A stretch of DNA of 64,000 nucleotides from an uncultured delta proteobacterium (GTDB lineage: Bacteria; Desulfobacterota; Syntrophia; Syntrophales; UBA5619), in NCBI GenBank assembly GCA_963817385.1, contig CAWFOM010000006.1, positions 96,001-160,000 on the forward strand, written 5' to 3'. This document shows, one piece after another, positions 21,802-31,710 of the stretch. The stretch's first letter is position 1, and every line of letters begins with the position of its first letter. A program made the translations under genes and the position numbers. The notes beneath the pieces were generated by a model, which saw only the letters and a list, made by a program, of their open reading frames with translations, was not told where the DNA came from and searched no databases.

Positions 21802-23214
21802 ATGCCCGAGCATCGATTTCCCAAGGAAGAATATGACCTCGTCATCGCCGGGGCGGGGTGTGCAGGCCTGGCCTGCGCCATTGAAGCGGCGGATTTGGGA
21901 GGAGAGGTCGTTGTCCTCGAAAAGATGGCACGCCCGTCGGGTAATATTCTCTTTGCCGGCGGGGCCGTTTGTGCGGCGGGAACACGCTTCCAGCAGGCAC
22001 AGGGGATCACCGAAGAGATCGAACCGTTTTATGAAGATTTGATGGCCGTTTCCCAACAGCGGGGGGATCCGGATCTCCTGCGGGTATATGCCGAGAGATC
22101 CGGGGAGGCGATCCACTGGCTCTCGGATGCCGTGGGCGTCCAGTGGGCCCCGATCGCCGAGAGGCTTCCCCCGGCCAAATGCCGTGTGCATCAGATCAAA
22201 GGTCCTCTCCGTCCCGGCGGGGCTCAGCTCTTCCGGGATCTTCTCGCTGCCGCGGCGAAGCGCAACATCCCCCTGTTCTCCAAGGCGACGACCCAGAAAC
22301 TCCTCGCGGACGCCCAGGCCGGGATCTCCGGTGTGCGGGTCCTCGTTGGGGATGAGGTTATGGAGATCCGGGCCAAAGGGGGGGTGGTTCTTGCAACCGG
22401 GGGATTTCATGCAAATCGGGAAATGGTCGGAGAGTATATCGGACAGTGGGCTGCACGGATGCCGTTTCGAGGGTCGAGAATAAACACCGGCGAAAATATC
22501 ACCCTCGCCGAGCCCTTCGGGCCGAAACTCATAAACATGGACCAGTTCCACGGGGGACCGATCCATGGACCGACGCGGGCAAATCCCTCCGGTGCGGTGA
22601 ACTATGGAATCTGCGTCACTCCGGAGGGCAAGCGTTACGTCGACGAAGGCTGGACGTACGTGATGGTCGGCAGAGAGACGGCCAGGAAGATCCATGACAA
22701 CCGCGCGTTCATTATTCTCGACCAAGCGGCACGGGAGATCCCGCTCGTGGCTGATAGGTTTGAGAGGTACCGGAGGGCGGGAGCGCCCATTTATGAGGAT
22801 GAAGATATTGCGGGTCTGGCCCGAAAGGCGGGGATCGGCGTCGAGGGGTTGGTAAGGACGGTCAACGAGTATAACGAGGCCGTGCTGAACGGCAGGGCCG
22901 GTGCCCTGATCCCCCCCAATACGCTGGAAATCCCCTGCACCATCAGGGTTCCCCGGTTTTTTGCCATCCCTTTTCGGGGAGGAATGACGGCCACCTTCGG
23001 CGGTCCGTTGATCGATGTCCGGGCCCGGGTGGTGAACGAAGAGAATCGGGCGATCCCCGGCCTCTATGCGGCGGGGAACGCCGCGGGTGGCCTTTTTTAC
23101 GGGGATTACATCGTCGGCTCCCAGCTGGGAGCGGCGATTGTCTTCGGGCGGATCGCCGCGGCGGATGCCTGCAAACGGGCGGCAACGTTTGGTGAGCCAA
23201 GCGCGAATCGGTAG
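21802..23214 (+). CDS. FAD-dependent oxidoreductase of the fumarate reductase/TcuA flavoprotein family
   Basis: YDLVIAGAGCAG dinucleotide fold, VVLATGGF, G.RYVDE, TFGG, IPGLYAAG. Confidence 0.8.
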   Translation: MPEHRFPKEEYDLVIAGAGCAGLACAIEAADLGGEVVVLEKMARPSGNILFAGGAVCAAGTRFQQAQGITEEIEPFYEDLMAVSQQRGDPDLLRVYAERSGEAIHWLSDAVGVQWAPIAERLPPAKCRVHQIKGPLRPGGAQLFRDLLAAAAKRNIPLFSKATTQKLLADAQAGISGVRVLVGDEVMEIRAKGGVVLATGGFHANREMVGEYIGQWAARMPFRGSRINTGENITLAEPFGPKLINMDQFHGGPIHGPTRANPSGAVNYGICVTPEGKRYVDEGWTYVMVGRETARKIHDNRAFIILDQAAREIPLVADRFERYRRAGAPIYEDEDIAGLARKAGIGVEGLVRTVNEYNEAVLNGRAGALIPPNTLEIPCTIRVPRFFAIPFRGGMTATFGGPLIDVRARVVNEENRAIPGLYAAGNAAGGLFYGDYIVGSQLGAAIVFGRIAAADACKRAATFGEPSANR

Positions 23215-23349
23215 CCGGTGAAGAACTTTTTTGCCCCCGGTTTCCCAGCAGCAGACTCGGTGCCGTTGCAGAGGGTGACCTCCTCCGGATCCGCTTCTCC
23301 GAGAAATACAGAGGCCGCCCGCGCCCCGCCGTTACAAAGCGGCGCGGAG

Positions 23350-26300
23350 TCAGGGGGGCAGGGTGCGACGGCGCGGGTACTTCAGGTAGGGGATGACGGC
23401 GTCGTTCCTGGCTCCGCCGGTGCCGTCGTAGGTGATCGAGACGACCGGGACCCCCGTGACCGCCTCGATCTTGCGGGCCATCGCCTCGGTGACCAGCGAC
23501 GGGCAGCAGAAGGCCGGGCTCGTCTGGACAAAGAGCGCCACGTCGGGATGATATTTCTTGATGTAGTGCACTTTCAGGATATTGTCCATCGATTCGCCGG
23601 TGTGTTCTATCCGGAGGCCGTAGGGGGCAAGGATCTCTTCGGGATCCTCGTCAAACTCGGGGTCCGGCTCCTTGAGGATCCTTTGGAAGTATCGGTAGTA
23701 GATCTTCTCCTGCGGCGCGACCGCAGCCATGATGGCCCCGCCCGATAGGACGTTCAGGTAGTGCCCCTCGATGAGCCACTTGCGCATATACGGTCCGGCG
23801 ATCATCTTCGCGTAGGTGGAGTAAGGGGTTGTGATTACCTCGCCCCCCTGCTCCTCGATGAAATGGATCAGGTTCTGATTGATCGTATCATTATCCCGGG
23901 CGTAGAGATCTCCGAAGATCGCCACCTTCGGTCGCCGTGCCGAGCCGTCGGTGATGCGGGGAATTGCCTCGAAAAGCGATACGACCGCGCTGACTGCCTC
24001 CTCCTTGGATCGGCGGCCGAGGAATGCCCCTTCCAGGAGTGCAACGCTCGTACGGATCGCGGCGTCGGTCGTTCCCTTATCCCGTTCGTAGGGACGTATC
24101 CGGCAGCCCACGCGCCGGACGAGACCGCCGAACATGTAGGCGAGGTAGTTTCCCAGCGGCAGCTTCAGGGAGATGTCCGCCATCGTGATATTCCCCGCAT
24201 ACACCGTCGCCTTCTCCATTCCCTTTCCGTAGGCTTCCAGAATCGTCTTGATATGGTACGGATAAAGACGGAGGTTGCAGGCAATGGTGCCCGTCCCGAC
24301 CCACAGGGCGGTGCGAGCGGGGTCAAGCCCCTCTTCTTCGACGTAGTCGATGAACTCCTGGGCGATGATGTGGATGGGGATGCATTGGCCCGTATTCAGG
24401 CGGAGACTTTTCCGTATCGCCGCGTCGGTTTCCGGCAGAGACCGTGCGTCGAATCCCGCCTCCTTCAGGTTGGCCGTGATGAGCCTCGAGGTGATGTCGT
24501 CCCAGTTGGGAAGGATCAGTGTCTTGCCCTCCAGCGTATCCGTGTGGATCGGGGTAAGTGTAGCGGCAAGGGGTTTCGGTTGTTGTTCCCAGGAGAGAAG
24601 TTTTCGCAGCTCTTCCAGGGATGCCTCCGTCAGAGAACGGAGCTTCTCGAGAGGGGTGCCGGCCGGAATCTGCTCTGCCGCCGGTGCGGGGCGGGGGAGG
24701 GAGGCGTCATGGTTCCGAAACGTGCGGATCGCGGCCTCGATCCGGGTTTCGTAGCCCACCCGCGAATCGTGATCGTCGAGCTGGAGAATCAGGTAGGGTT
24801 TTGCGCAGGCGTCCATGATCTTCTTGAAATAATCGATGACAAAGGAGTCCGGCGAGCACTTGAACGAGGTAAGAAAGACCGGGTATGCGCCTTGCGTTCC
24901 GGCGACGATTGCGGCCGCCTCGAGGATTTTTGCCGCATAATGCCAGTGGATTTCCTTCAGGAGTGGCTCGATGAGGCCTGCCGCCTTCTTGTCGGTATCG
25001 AGCATGTCCTGGGTGAACGTCCTGATTCCCAGCGCCCCGAATATGTTCGGAATCCCCTTGTTCATCTCTTCCGAGAGGACTGTGTAAGGCCGGCCCAGGA
25101 GGACGATGTGGATCTCCTTAGCCCCTGCGGTCATTTTCCGGTAGAGTGCCCTCCATGTTGCGAGTGCGGTTTCATGGAAAGCGACCGCCTCGTCGTACGC
25201 GCCGGCGACGCTGAAGAAGCTCATCCCGGGATTGATCGCCTCGATCATCCGGTAGAGCTGCACCTTCGTGCTGAGCGCGGGGTAGAGGTAGTGGACAAGG
25301 GGGGTGAGTATCCGCTTTTCATTGTCCCGGCCTCCTGCGGCGCGAACGAGGGCCGGAGCGAATTGGGTATAGTAGCAGTACTGTCGCCGGAGGCCTTTCT
25401 CCCCGGTCCTTCTCTCCAGGGCAAATGGAGCGAAGACATAGTCGCACCTTGGAAGGAGCCAGTGGACGTGACCGTGGAGAGCCGCCAGCGGGGCGCAGAA
25501 TTCGGCCTGGGCGAGGCGCTTTCCCTCGCGGATTCCTTCCCGGCAGTCCTCGCTGGTTACGGTCTTGACGCCGAGCCGGGCGAAGAAATGCTCCCAGAGG
25601 GAAAGTTCATCGGCCAGATGGAGCGCCGCGGGCAGACCGATGGTGATCCCGCCGCCGGATTCCCGCCGCTTTACGGGGGAGAAGATGCGCTTGCGTTCCT
25701 TGAGGAGGTTGAAGCCGGAAGTGTTGTTGTTCACGAACTTCTTGATATCGTAGTCACGGCCGCACAAAAAACCGAAGGCGACCTTTCCTCCGTCCACATC
25801 GGCTACGGTGATCTTGCAGCGGTTGTTGCAAAGGCTGCATACCTCCGAGGCGATGGGGATCGGTCTTTTGTGGAAGCCGAGGCCGCGGAAGCGGCTTTGC
25901 GTGATCTTCGCATCGGCCATCATAAGCGCGATTCCCCAGGCGCCGGTGAGATGGCAGAATTTTGAAACGTGGATCGGCCTGCCCAAGCGCTGCTCGAACG
26001 CGGCGACGAGAGCGCGGTTCTTCGCCGTCGCTCCTTGGAAAAGGATCGTCTTCCCGATCGCCGCCTCTACGGCGACCTTTGTCAGGTAGTTCTCCGTGAT
26101 CGCATGGAGCGCCGCGGCGAGGACCTCGTCGATGCCGTACCCGGAGCCGAGATGATGGTTGATGTCCCGCTCCATGAACACAGTGCAACGGTTGCTTGTT
26201 ATCGGGGCGCGCCGGTTCTCCGCCCGTGCCGCATAATCGGCGAGTGTGCAGCCGAGGCGTTCGGCCTGCTCCTCGAGAAAGCTCCCCGTCCCCGCAGCGC

Positions 26301-27672
26301 AGACATTGTTCATGACGGAGAAGGTAACGATGCCGTTTGTGAGCGTGGTGAACTTCGAGTCCTGCCCGCCGATCTCGATGATCGTGTCCGCGTCGGGTCT
26401 AATCTCGACGGCGGCTCGGGCGTGGGCGGTGATCTCATCCGCGACGAGATCCGCCCGGATGATCTTCCCGATGAATTTTCTGCCGGAACCGGTCGCGCCC
26501 GCTCCGAGGATCGATAAACTCAAGGATCTTTTCGCTTCCAAGGTCTCCAGGGCGGCGAGAATCTTCTGGGTCGCGGCGACGGGACGGCCGGCGGTCCGGG
26601 TGTAGAACCCCGCGAGGACGGCGCCGGCGGGGGACATGAGGACGGCCTTGGTGCTCGTGGAGCCGACATCGATCCCGAGAAATGCCGCGCATCTCCCGTG
26701 GCGCGGCAGCTCTTCGGTAAGATCGATCTCAACGGGAGAGCGGTCGCCTGCAGAGCCTGATGTCTCCTCGTACCGCCCGATTCCCGCGAAATCCGGGTAA
26801 TCGGAGAGTTTCAGAACCAGGGGAGCGTGGAAGTAAGTTTTCACCGCGGCATCGGGAAGGAAGAGATCCTCCGTGAAGAGGAGACGCTTCTCCCGCTTGA
26901 TTCCGGCAGTCAGGGCGCTCAAGGCCGCTCCGATCGCCCCGAAGAAGGGAGCAAGCGGGTCCACGGTGAGTTTTTGGCCGAGGAGGGATTCGATATGGTT
27001 CACGACAGCGCGGTTTTTTGCGACGCCGCCGACAAAGGCAATCGGTTCGAGGGGAAGCGTCCCCGCAAAAAGGGTGTCCACGATGTTCCGCGCGAGACCC
27101 GCGCAGAGGCCGTCGCAGATCCCTTCCAGGGTGAAGCCTTCCTGCTGGGCATGGACAAGGTCTGTTTTGGCGAAGACGGCGCATCGGGAGGCGATCTGGG
27201 GAAGGGCGCCCCGGTTTTCGAGGGCGAGCGCGGCAAGGGTTCCGATACCGGGCAGATTCAGGCGCTGCGCCTGCTGGTCGAGGAAGCTCCCCGTGCCGGC
27301 GGCGCAGGAGGTGTTCGTTTTGCAGTCGAGATAGTTCCCCTCCTCGTCGAAGGTGATAAGGCTGAAACGCTCGCCCCCCACACTGAGAATGGCGCCCGCC
27401 TGTCCATGGAGGCGGCGCACCGCCTCCATGGCGCAAAGGCGATCATCATACCGGCCGTCGGCCGCAATGAGCGGGGGGGTGGCGGAGGTGGCGGCCACGG
27501 CTTCGATTCCGGTGAGGTCGAATCGGCCGATGACCTTCCGAAGGGAGCCTGTGAGGTCCCCGTGATGAAACACCCCGGCAGTCCCGAGGATTTTTCCGTG
27601 TGCATCGATTTCCGCCACATGAACGGAAACGGAACCGACGTCGATGCCGAGCAGGTGCGCTGTGCGATTCAT
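23350..27672 (-). CDS. Large 2-hydroxyacyl-CoA dehydratase activase-related protein (two ASKHA activase domains plus DUF2229-like regions)
   Basis: GIDVGSVS / GIDVGSTSTK, CAAGTGSFL twice, IIEIGGQDSK, CSLCNNRC, EFCAP, FKCSPDS, FCCPS. Confidence 0.88.
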   Translation of the reverse strand: MNRTAHLLGIDVGSVSVHVAEIDAHGKILGTAGVFHHGDLTGSLRKVIGRFDLTGIEAVAATSATPPLIAADGRYDDRLCAMEAVRRLHGQAGAILSVGGERFSLITFDEEGNYLDCKTNTSCAAGTGSFLDQQAQRLNLPGIGTLAALALENRGALPQIASRCAVFAKTDLVHAQQEGFTLEGICDGLCAGLARNIVDTLFAGTLPLEPIAFVGGVAKNRAVVNHIESLLGQKLTVDPLAPFFGAIGAALSALTAGIKREKRLLFTEDLFLPDAAVKTYFHAPLVLKLSDYPDFAGIGRYEETSGSAGDRSPVEIDLTEELPRHGRCAAFLGIDVGSTSTKAVLMSPAGAVLAGFYTRTAGRPVAATQKILAALETLEAKRSLSLSILGAGATGSGRKFIGKIIRADLVADEITAHARAAVEIRPDADTIIEIGGQDSKFTTLTNGIVTFSVMNNVCAAGTGSFLEEQAERLGCTLADYAARAENRRAPITSNRCTVFMERDINHHLGSGYGIDEVLAAALHAITENYLTKVAVEAAIGKTILFQGATAKNRALVAAFEQRLGRPIHVSKFCHLTGAWGIALMMADAKITQSRFRGLGFHKRPIPIASEVCSLCNNRCKITVADVDGGKVAFGFLCGRDYDIKKFVNNNTSGFNLLKERKRIFSPVKRRESGGGITIGLPAALHLADELSLWEHFFARLGVKTVTSEDCREGIREGKRLAQAEFCAPLAALHGHVHWLLPRCDYVFAPFALERRTGEKGLRRQYCYYTQFAPALVRAAGGRDNEKRILTPLVHYLYPALSTKVQLYRMIEAINPGMSFFSVAGAYDEAVAFHETALATWRALYRKMTAGAKEIHIVLLGRPYTVLSEEMNKGIPNIFGALGIRTFTQDMLDTDKKAAGLIEPLLKEIHWHYAAKILEAAAIVAGTQGAYPVFLTSFKCSPDSFVIDYFKKIMDACAKPYLILQLDDHDSRVGYETRIEAAIRTFRNHDASLPRPAPAAEQIPAGTPLEKLRSLTEASLEELRKLLSWEQQPKPLAATLTPIHTDTLEGKTLILPNWDDITSRLITANLKEAGFDARSLPETDAAIRKSLRLNTGQCIPIHIIAQEFIDYVEEEGLDPARTALWVGTGTIACNLRLYPYHIKTILEAYGKGMEKATVYAGNITMADISLKLPLGNYLAYMFGGLVRRVGCRIRPYERDKGTTDAAIRTSVALLEGAFLGRRSKEEAVSAVVSLFEAIPRITDGSARRPKVAIFGDLYARDNDTINQNLIHFIEEQGGEVITTPYSTYAKMIAGPYMRKWLIEGHYLNVLSGGAIMAAVAPQEKIYYRYFQRILKEPDPEFDEDPEEILAPYGLRIEHTGESMDNILKVHYIKKYHPDVALFVQTSPAFCCPSLVTEAMARKIEAVTGVPVVSITYDGTGGARNDAVIPYLKYPRRRTLPP

Positions 27673-27793
27673 AACTCGTTCCCCTTTCCACCGCGTATCG
27701 TAATGACTGTAGCACATAATATGATCCGGCATAGTATTATCTATGGATGGTAACGCTACATGCCCCCAAAAATATCCTGTCCCAAAAATATCC

Positions 27794-27846
27794 TTGACAC
27801 GCAAGATTCGCCCTCGTATCCTCCCTCGCGGAAAAGCAAGTTCTTT
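27794..27846 (+). promoter_or_regulatory. Sigma70-type promoter with shared downstream motif, upstream of the ThDP enzyme gene
   Basis: TTGACA-17-TATCCT followed by GAAAAGCAAGTTCTT. Confidence 0.6.
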
Positions 27847-27875
27847 TCCCCATTCACTGGATGGAGGTATGCACC

Positions 27876-29547
27876 ATGCCTGTAATGACAGGATCCCGTT
27901 TTTTCGCTGAGGCGATGCGGGGATACGGAGTCACCCACGTGTTCTTTGTGCCCGCGATACTGCCGGACGCCATGGCCGCAATGGACGACACGGGAGTAAC
28001 CCGGATACTAACCCACGGCGAGACGGCCGCCGGCTACATGGCCGATGGCTACGCCAGGGCTTCGGGCAAGCCGGGCGTCTGCCTGGCCCAGGCCGTCGGC
28101 TCGGCCAACCTGGCCGCAGGCATCAGGGATGCCTACCTCGCTTCCTCGCCGGTCATCGCCATCAGCGGCGGCCCCCACCCCGACTCCCGATACCGGCACC
28201 TCTATCAGGTGGTCGAGGATTTCCCCATGTTCGGGCCGATCACCAAGTTCAACGCCCGCGTGGATCACCCTCGCCGCCTGCCCGATCTTCTCCGCCAGGC
28301 GTTCCGAATGGCCACCTCCGGAGCGCCCGGACCGGTTCACCTGGAGATCCCGGGGCGCCATGGGGAAGCCATGGTTCAGGAGCCGATGGATTTCGAGCTG
28401 CTCTTCGAAGAAGAATTCAGCCGCTGCCCGGCCTATCGCCCCGAGGCGGACCCGGGCGCGGTCGCAAAAGCGGCCCGACTTCTGATGGAGGCGCAAAAGC
28501 CGATCATCGTGGCCGGAGGAGGAGTGGCGGCTTCCCGGGCCTGGTCGGAAGTGGTTGAGCTTGCCGAAAAACTCTCCGTGCCCGTGGCCACCTCGCTCAG
28601 CGGGAAAGGGACCATTCCCGACCATCATCCGCTGTCCGTCGGAGTGATCGGCACCTACTCCCGCTGGTGTGCGAACAGGGCCGTGGCCGATGCGGATCTC
28701 GTCTTCTTCATCGGCTCTCGCGCCGGCGGACATACGACCGCCAACTGGAGGATTCCTCGCCCCGGCACAACCGTGGTGCAGCTGGATATCGATCCGGCGG
28801 AGATCGGACGGAACTACCCGGCGAAGGTGGGGCTGTGCGGGGACGCCAGAGCGACCCTGCGCAGGCTGATCGATGCTGTCGGAACAAAGGCGGGTGAGAA
28901 AGGCTGGCTGGCGCACATCCGGCAGATGGTCGGCGAGTGGCGTTCCGAAGCGCAGCCCCTGCTGAACTCGGACGCGACTCCCATCCGGCCGGAGCGGCTC
29001 TGCAAGGAGATCGGCGAGATCCTGCCGCCCGGGGGCGTGGTCGTGTCCGACACGGGCCACGCGGCGATCTGGAGTTCCACCATGATCGACTTCACCAAGC
29101 CCGGCCAGAGGTACCTCCGCTGCGCGGGCACGCTGGGATGGGCTTTGCCGGCGTCGATCGGGGCCAAGTGCGCCCTGCCCGACAAGCCGGTGCTCTGCTT
29201 CACGGGCGATGGCGGACTTCTATTTCCACCTCTCGGAACTGGAGACGGCCGCCCGGATGGGAATCAATGTGGTCGTGGTGGTCAACAATAACCGCTCGCT
29301 CCAGCAGGTGAAGAGCATCGTCGATAACTCCTATGGGGGAAACCCCGAGGCGAAGGGGCGAGAGCTCTGGGTATTCAGGGAGACGAACTTCGCGCAGATC
29401 GCGGAGAACATGGGCTGCCTGGGGCTGCGGGTCGAACGGCCCGGCGATCTCCGGAATGCCCTGGAGCAGGCACTGGAGGCCCACCGGCCGGTGGTGGTGG
29501 ACGTCGTCACGGATATCGAGGCGCTGCCCCAGCCGCCGTGGTGCTAG
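27876..29547 (+). CDS. Thiamine-diphosphate-dependent enzyme, acetolactate-synthase-like (frameshift at ~29220)
   Basis: HGETAAGYMADGYARASG, PGPVHLEIP, GTLGWALPASIGAK, TGDGG then FYFHLSELETAAR..VVVVVNN in the next frame. Confidence 0.88.
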
Positions 29548-29719
29548 TCCGGATTATTTTCGATAATCAAAGTCCTAAAATATAATTGACAAAAGCTCTT
29601 CGCTTTACTTTTTTCCACGTACCTCCTCTGCAAAGGAAGGAACGGATAATATAGTGAAACAGGAAAAAACCAAGCTGGGCAAAAAGGAATATGAAATACC
29701 GTAAAGGGAGGTGCTCCTG

Positions 29720-30802
29720 ATGCCGGGTACAACAAAGTCGGTGGTCGTCGTCAGGCCGAAGTGTATGGAGACCTGGGAGTTTCCGCTCCCCGAGGTCGGG
29801 CCCCGGGACCTGCTCCTCAGGGTAGAGATGGTGGGGATCTGCGGCTCGGAGCCCAAGAAGTACCTGGGGACATCGGTCTGGAACCCGCCCTATCCCGTGA
29901 TCCTCGGGCATGAGATGGTGGGGTTCGTCCAGGAGATCGGAGATGAGGCCGCCCAGAGGTACCAGGTGGCTCTCGGCGATCGAATTGTCGTAGAGCCGTA
30001 CCTCTCATGCGGATGGTGTGAATTCTGCTCCACGGGCCACTACCAGCTTTGCGTGAACAGGCGCGTCTACGGCACGAGCGATTCCTGCGCGACGCCGCCC
30101 CATCTCTTCGGCGGATACGGCCGGCACCTCTTTGTCTCCTGGGGCTCCAAGGTCCACAAGATCCGGCCGGATGTGGCCCCGGAAGCGGCTCACCTGGCCA
30201 GCGTCATAGGAAACGGCATCCGCTGGGTCAGGACCAAAGGGCAGGTTCAGTTCCTGGAGAGCGTCGTCATTCTCGGCCCCGGCGCCCAGGGACTCGCGAG
30301 CGTCATAAGTGCGGTGGAGTCCGGCGCCGATCCGATCGTGGTGGTCGGACTCGCCAGGGATCACAAACGGCTGGCCCTTGCGGCCGAGTTCGGCGCCCAC
30401 TATACGCTGGTCGCCGACGAGGTCGATGTGATGGCGGCGGTCAGGAATATCACCTCCGGCAAGATGGCCTCCGTCGTCGTCGAGTGCACCGGCACGGGGC
30501 CCGGCATGAACTTGGCGTTGGACCTGGCCAGACCCCTCGGCAGGGTGTCTCTGCCGGGACTTCCGCACGCCGGGCAGCACGTCCCGCTGCTGATGGAAAA
30601 AGTGGTCCTGAAGGAGTTGACCCTGCGAGGCGCCCTGGGCCAGGTGGCCGAGGTCGCGGACGCGGTGAGGCTCATCAACTCCCGCCGGTACCCCATCGAG
30701 AAGATCGCGACTCACGTCTTCCCCCTGGAAGAGGCGGAGGAGGGAATGAAGCTGTTCATGAGTGGCGATCCGGACTGTATCCGGGTGGCCCTGAGGCCGT
30801 AA
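29720..30802 (+). CDS. Zinc-binding (MDR) alcohol dehydrogenase
   Basis: GICGSE, GHEMVG, structural-Zn C..C..C.......C, GPGAQG. Confidence 0.9.
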   Translation: MPGTTKSVVVVRPKCMETWEFPLPEVGPRDLLLRVEMVGICGSEPKKYLGTSVWNPPYPVILGHEMVGFVQEIGDEAAQRYQVALGDRIVVEPYLSCGWCEFCSTGHYQLCVNRRVYGTSDSCATPPHLFGGYGRHLFVSWGSKVHKIRPDVAPEAAHLASVIGNGIRWVRTKGQVQFLESVVILGPGAQGLASVISAVESGADPIVVVGLARDHKRLALAAEFGAHYTLVADEVDVMAAVRNITSGKMASVVVECTGTGPGMNLALDLARPLGRVSLPGLPHAGQHVPLLMEKVVLKELTLRGALGQVAEVADAVRLINSRRYPIEKIATHVFPLEEAEEGMKLFMSGDPDCIRVALRP

Positions 30803-30918
30803 GTCAGCCGCTTCCCTGAAGTTTCCCCGGCGAAACCATAAGTGCCTGCACAATATTAACAGTCATGTTAAATTGTCCTTGCGGAAAGTATGCATGTTCG
30901 TTTGAAAGGCGCAACGTC

Positions 30919-30948
30919 TTGACAGCCTATTATCTGTTCCTGTAGAAT
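30919..30948 (+). promoter_or_regulatory. Sigma70-type promoter
   Basis: TTGACA-18-TAGAAT upstream of the HAD gene. Confidence 0.45.
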
Positions 30949-31004
30949 CCAACTGTTGCTTACCTTCTGACAACCAAGCACAGGACCCGGAGATTAAAAC
31001 AACA

Positions 31005-31586
31005 TTGAGCAAGATAGCGATAATTGATATAGACAACACCCTCTGGCAATTCAGCGATGCTTTTTATCTGGAGTTGAAGAAAATCAACAAAGATTTTCCA
31101 ACGCCTGATCAGTGGTGCACCTATGACATTTGGGAGGGATACTGTTCGGTAGAGGCTTTTATCGCTGCGATCAACACGATTCACTATAATCAGGACAGCG
31201 ATCGATACCAACCCTACCCGGAATCGAAGGACTTTCTGTCATCATTGAAGGAAAATGGTTTTCATATCATCCTTGCCAGCCACCGGATGAAGGAAATGAG
31301 ACAGTCGACCGAACGATGGCTGGCGGATCATAGGCTCCCCTATGACGAACTTCATCTTTCCCTGGATAAGACCGTTCTCTTTCCAAATGTTGACATCGTC
31401 GTGGACGATTCACCGTTGACACTGGCAAAAGCAATAGAAAGTGGAGCTCTGGGAGCCGGGCTGTTGTTTCCGTGGAACGGGGCTTATTCCAGCAACGGGT
31501 TCAGACTTTTTCAAAACCTCAATGAGGTGCTGGACTACATTCTGAGGTCACCCTCCGGAAAAGGTGACAGATGCATTTTCCCTTAA
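31005..31586 (+). CDS. HAD-superfamily hydrolase, 5'(3')-nucleotidase (NT5C)-like
   Basis: IIDIDNTL motif I, ILASHR motif II, K...VVDDSP motif IV. Confidence 0.7.
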   Translation: MSKIAIIDIDNTLWQFSDAFYLELKKINKDFPTPDQWCTYDIWEGYCSVEAFIAAINTIHYNQDSDRYQPYPESKDFLSSLKENGFHIILASHRMKEMRQSTERWLADHRLPYDELHLSLDKTVLFPNVDIVVDDSPLTLAKAIESGALGAGLLFPWNGAYSSNGFRLFQNLNEVLDYILRSPSGKGDRCIFP

Positions 31587-31710
31587 GAAGACGGCCAAAA
31601 GCAAATCAACCCGACCGGGACTATCCCTTTGCCGGTTTGGTTCAAGGTGAGTGTCCGGCTCTGTGAAGGTGCCGACCAAAGTCTTTATCGAATAACAAAA
31701 GGAGTTTGCT

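Noticed and set aside
23761..25965. 734-aa + strand ORF, and similar long antisense ORFs (e.g. 7764-9038, 10594-11778, 36820-38034, 61201-62730, 62743-63987)
   Set aside because: Shadow ORFs opposite well-supported genes in GC-rich DNA, with no recognisable motifs.
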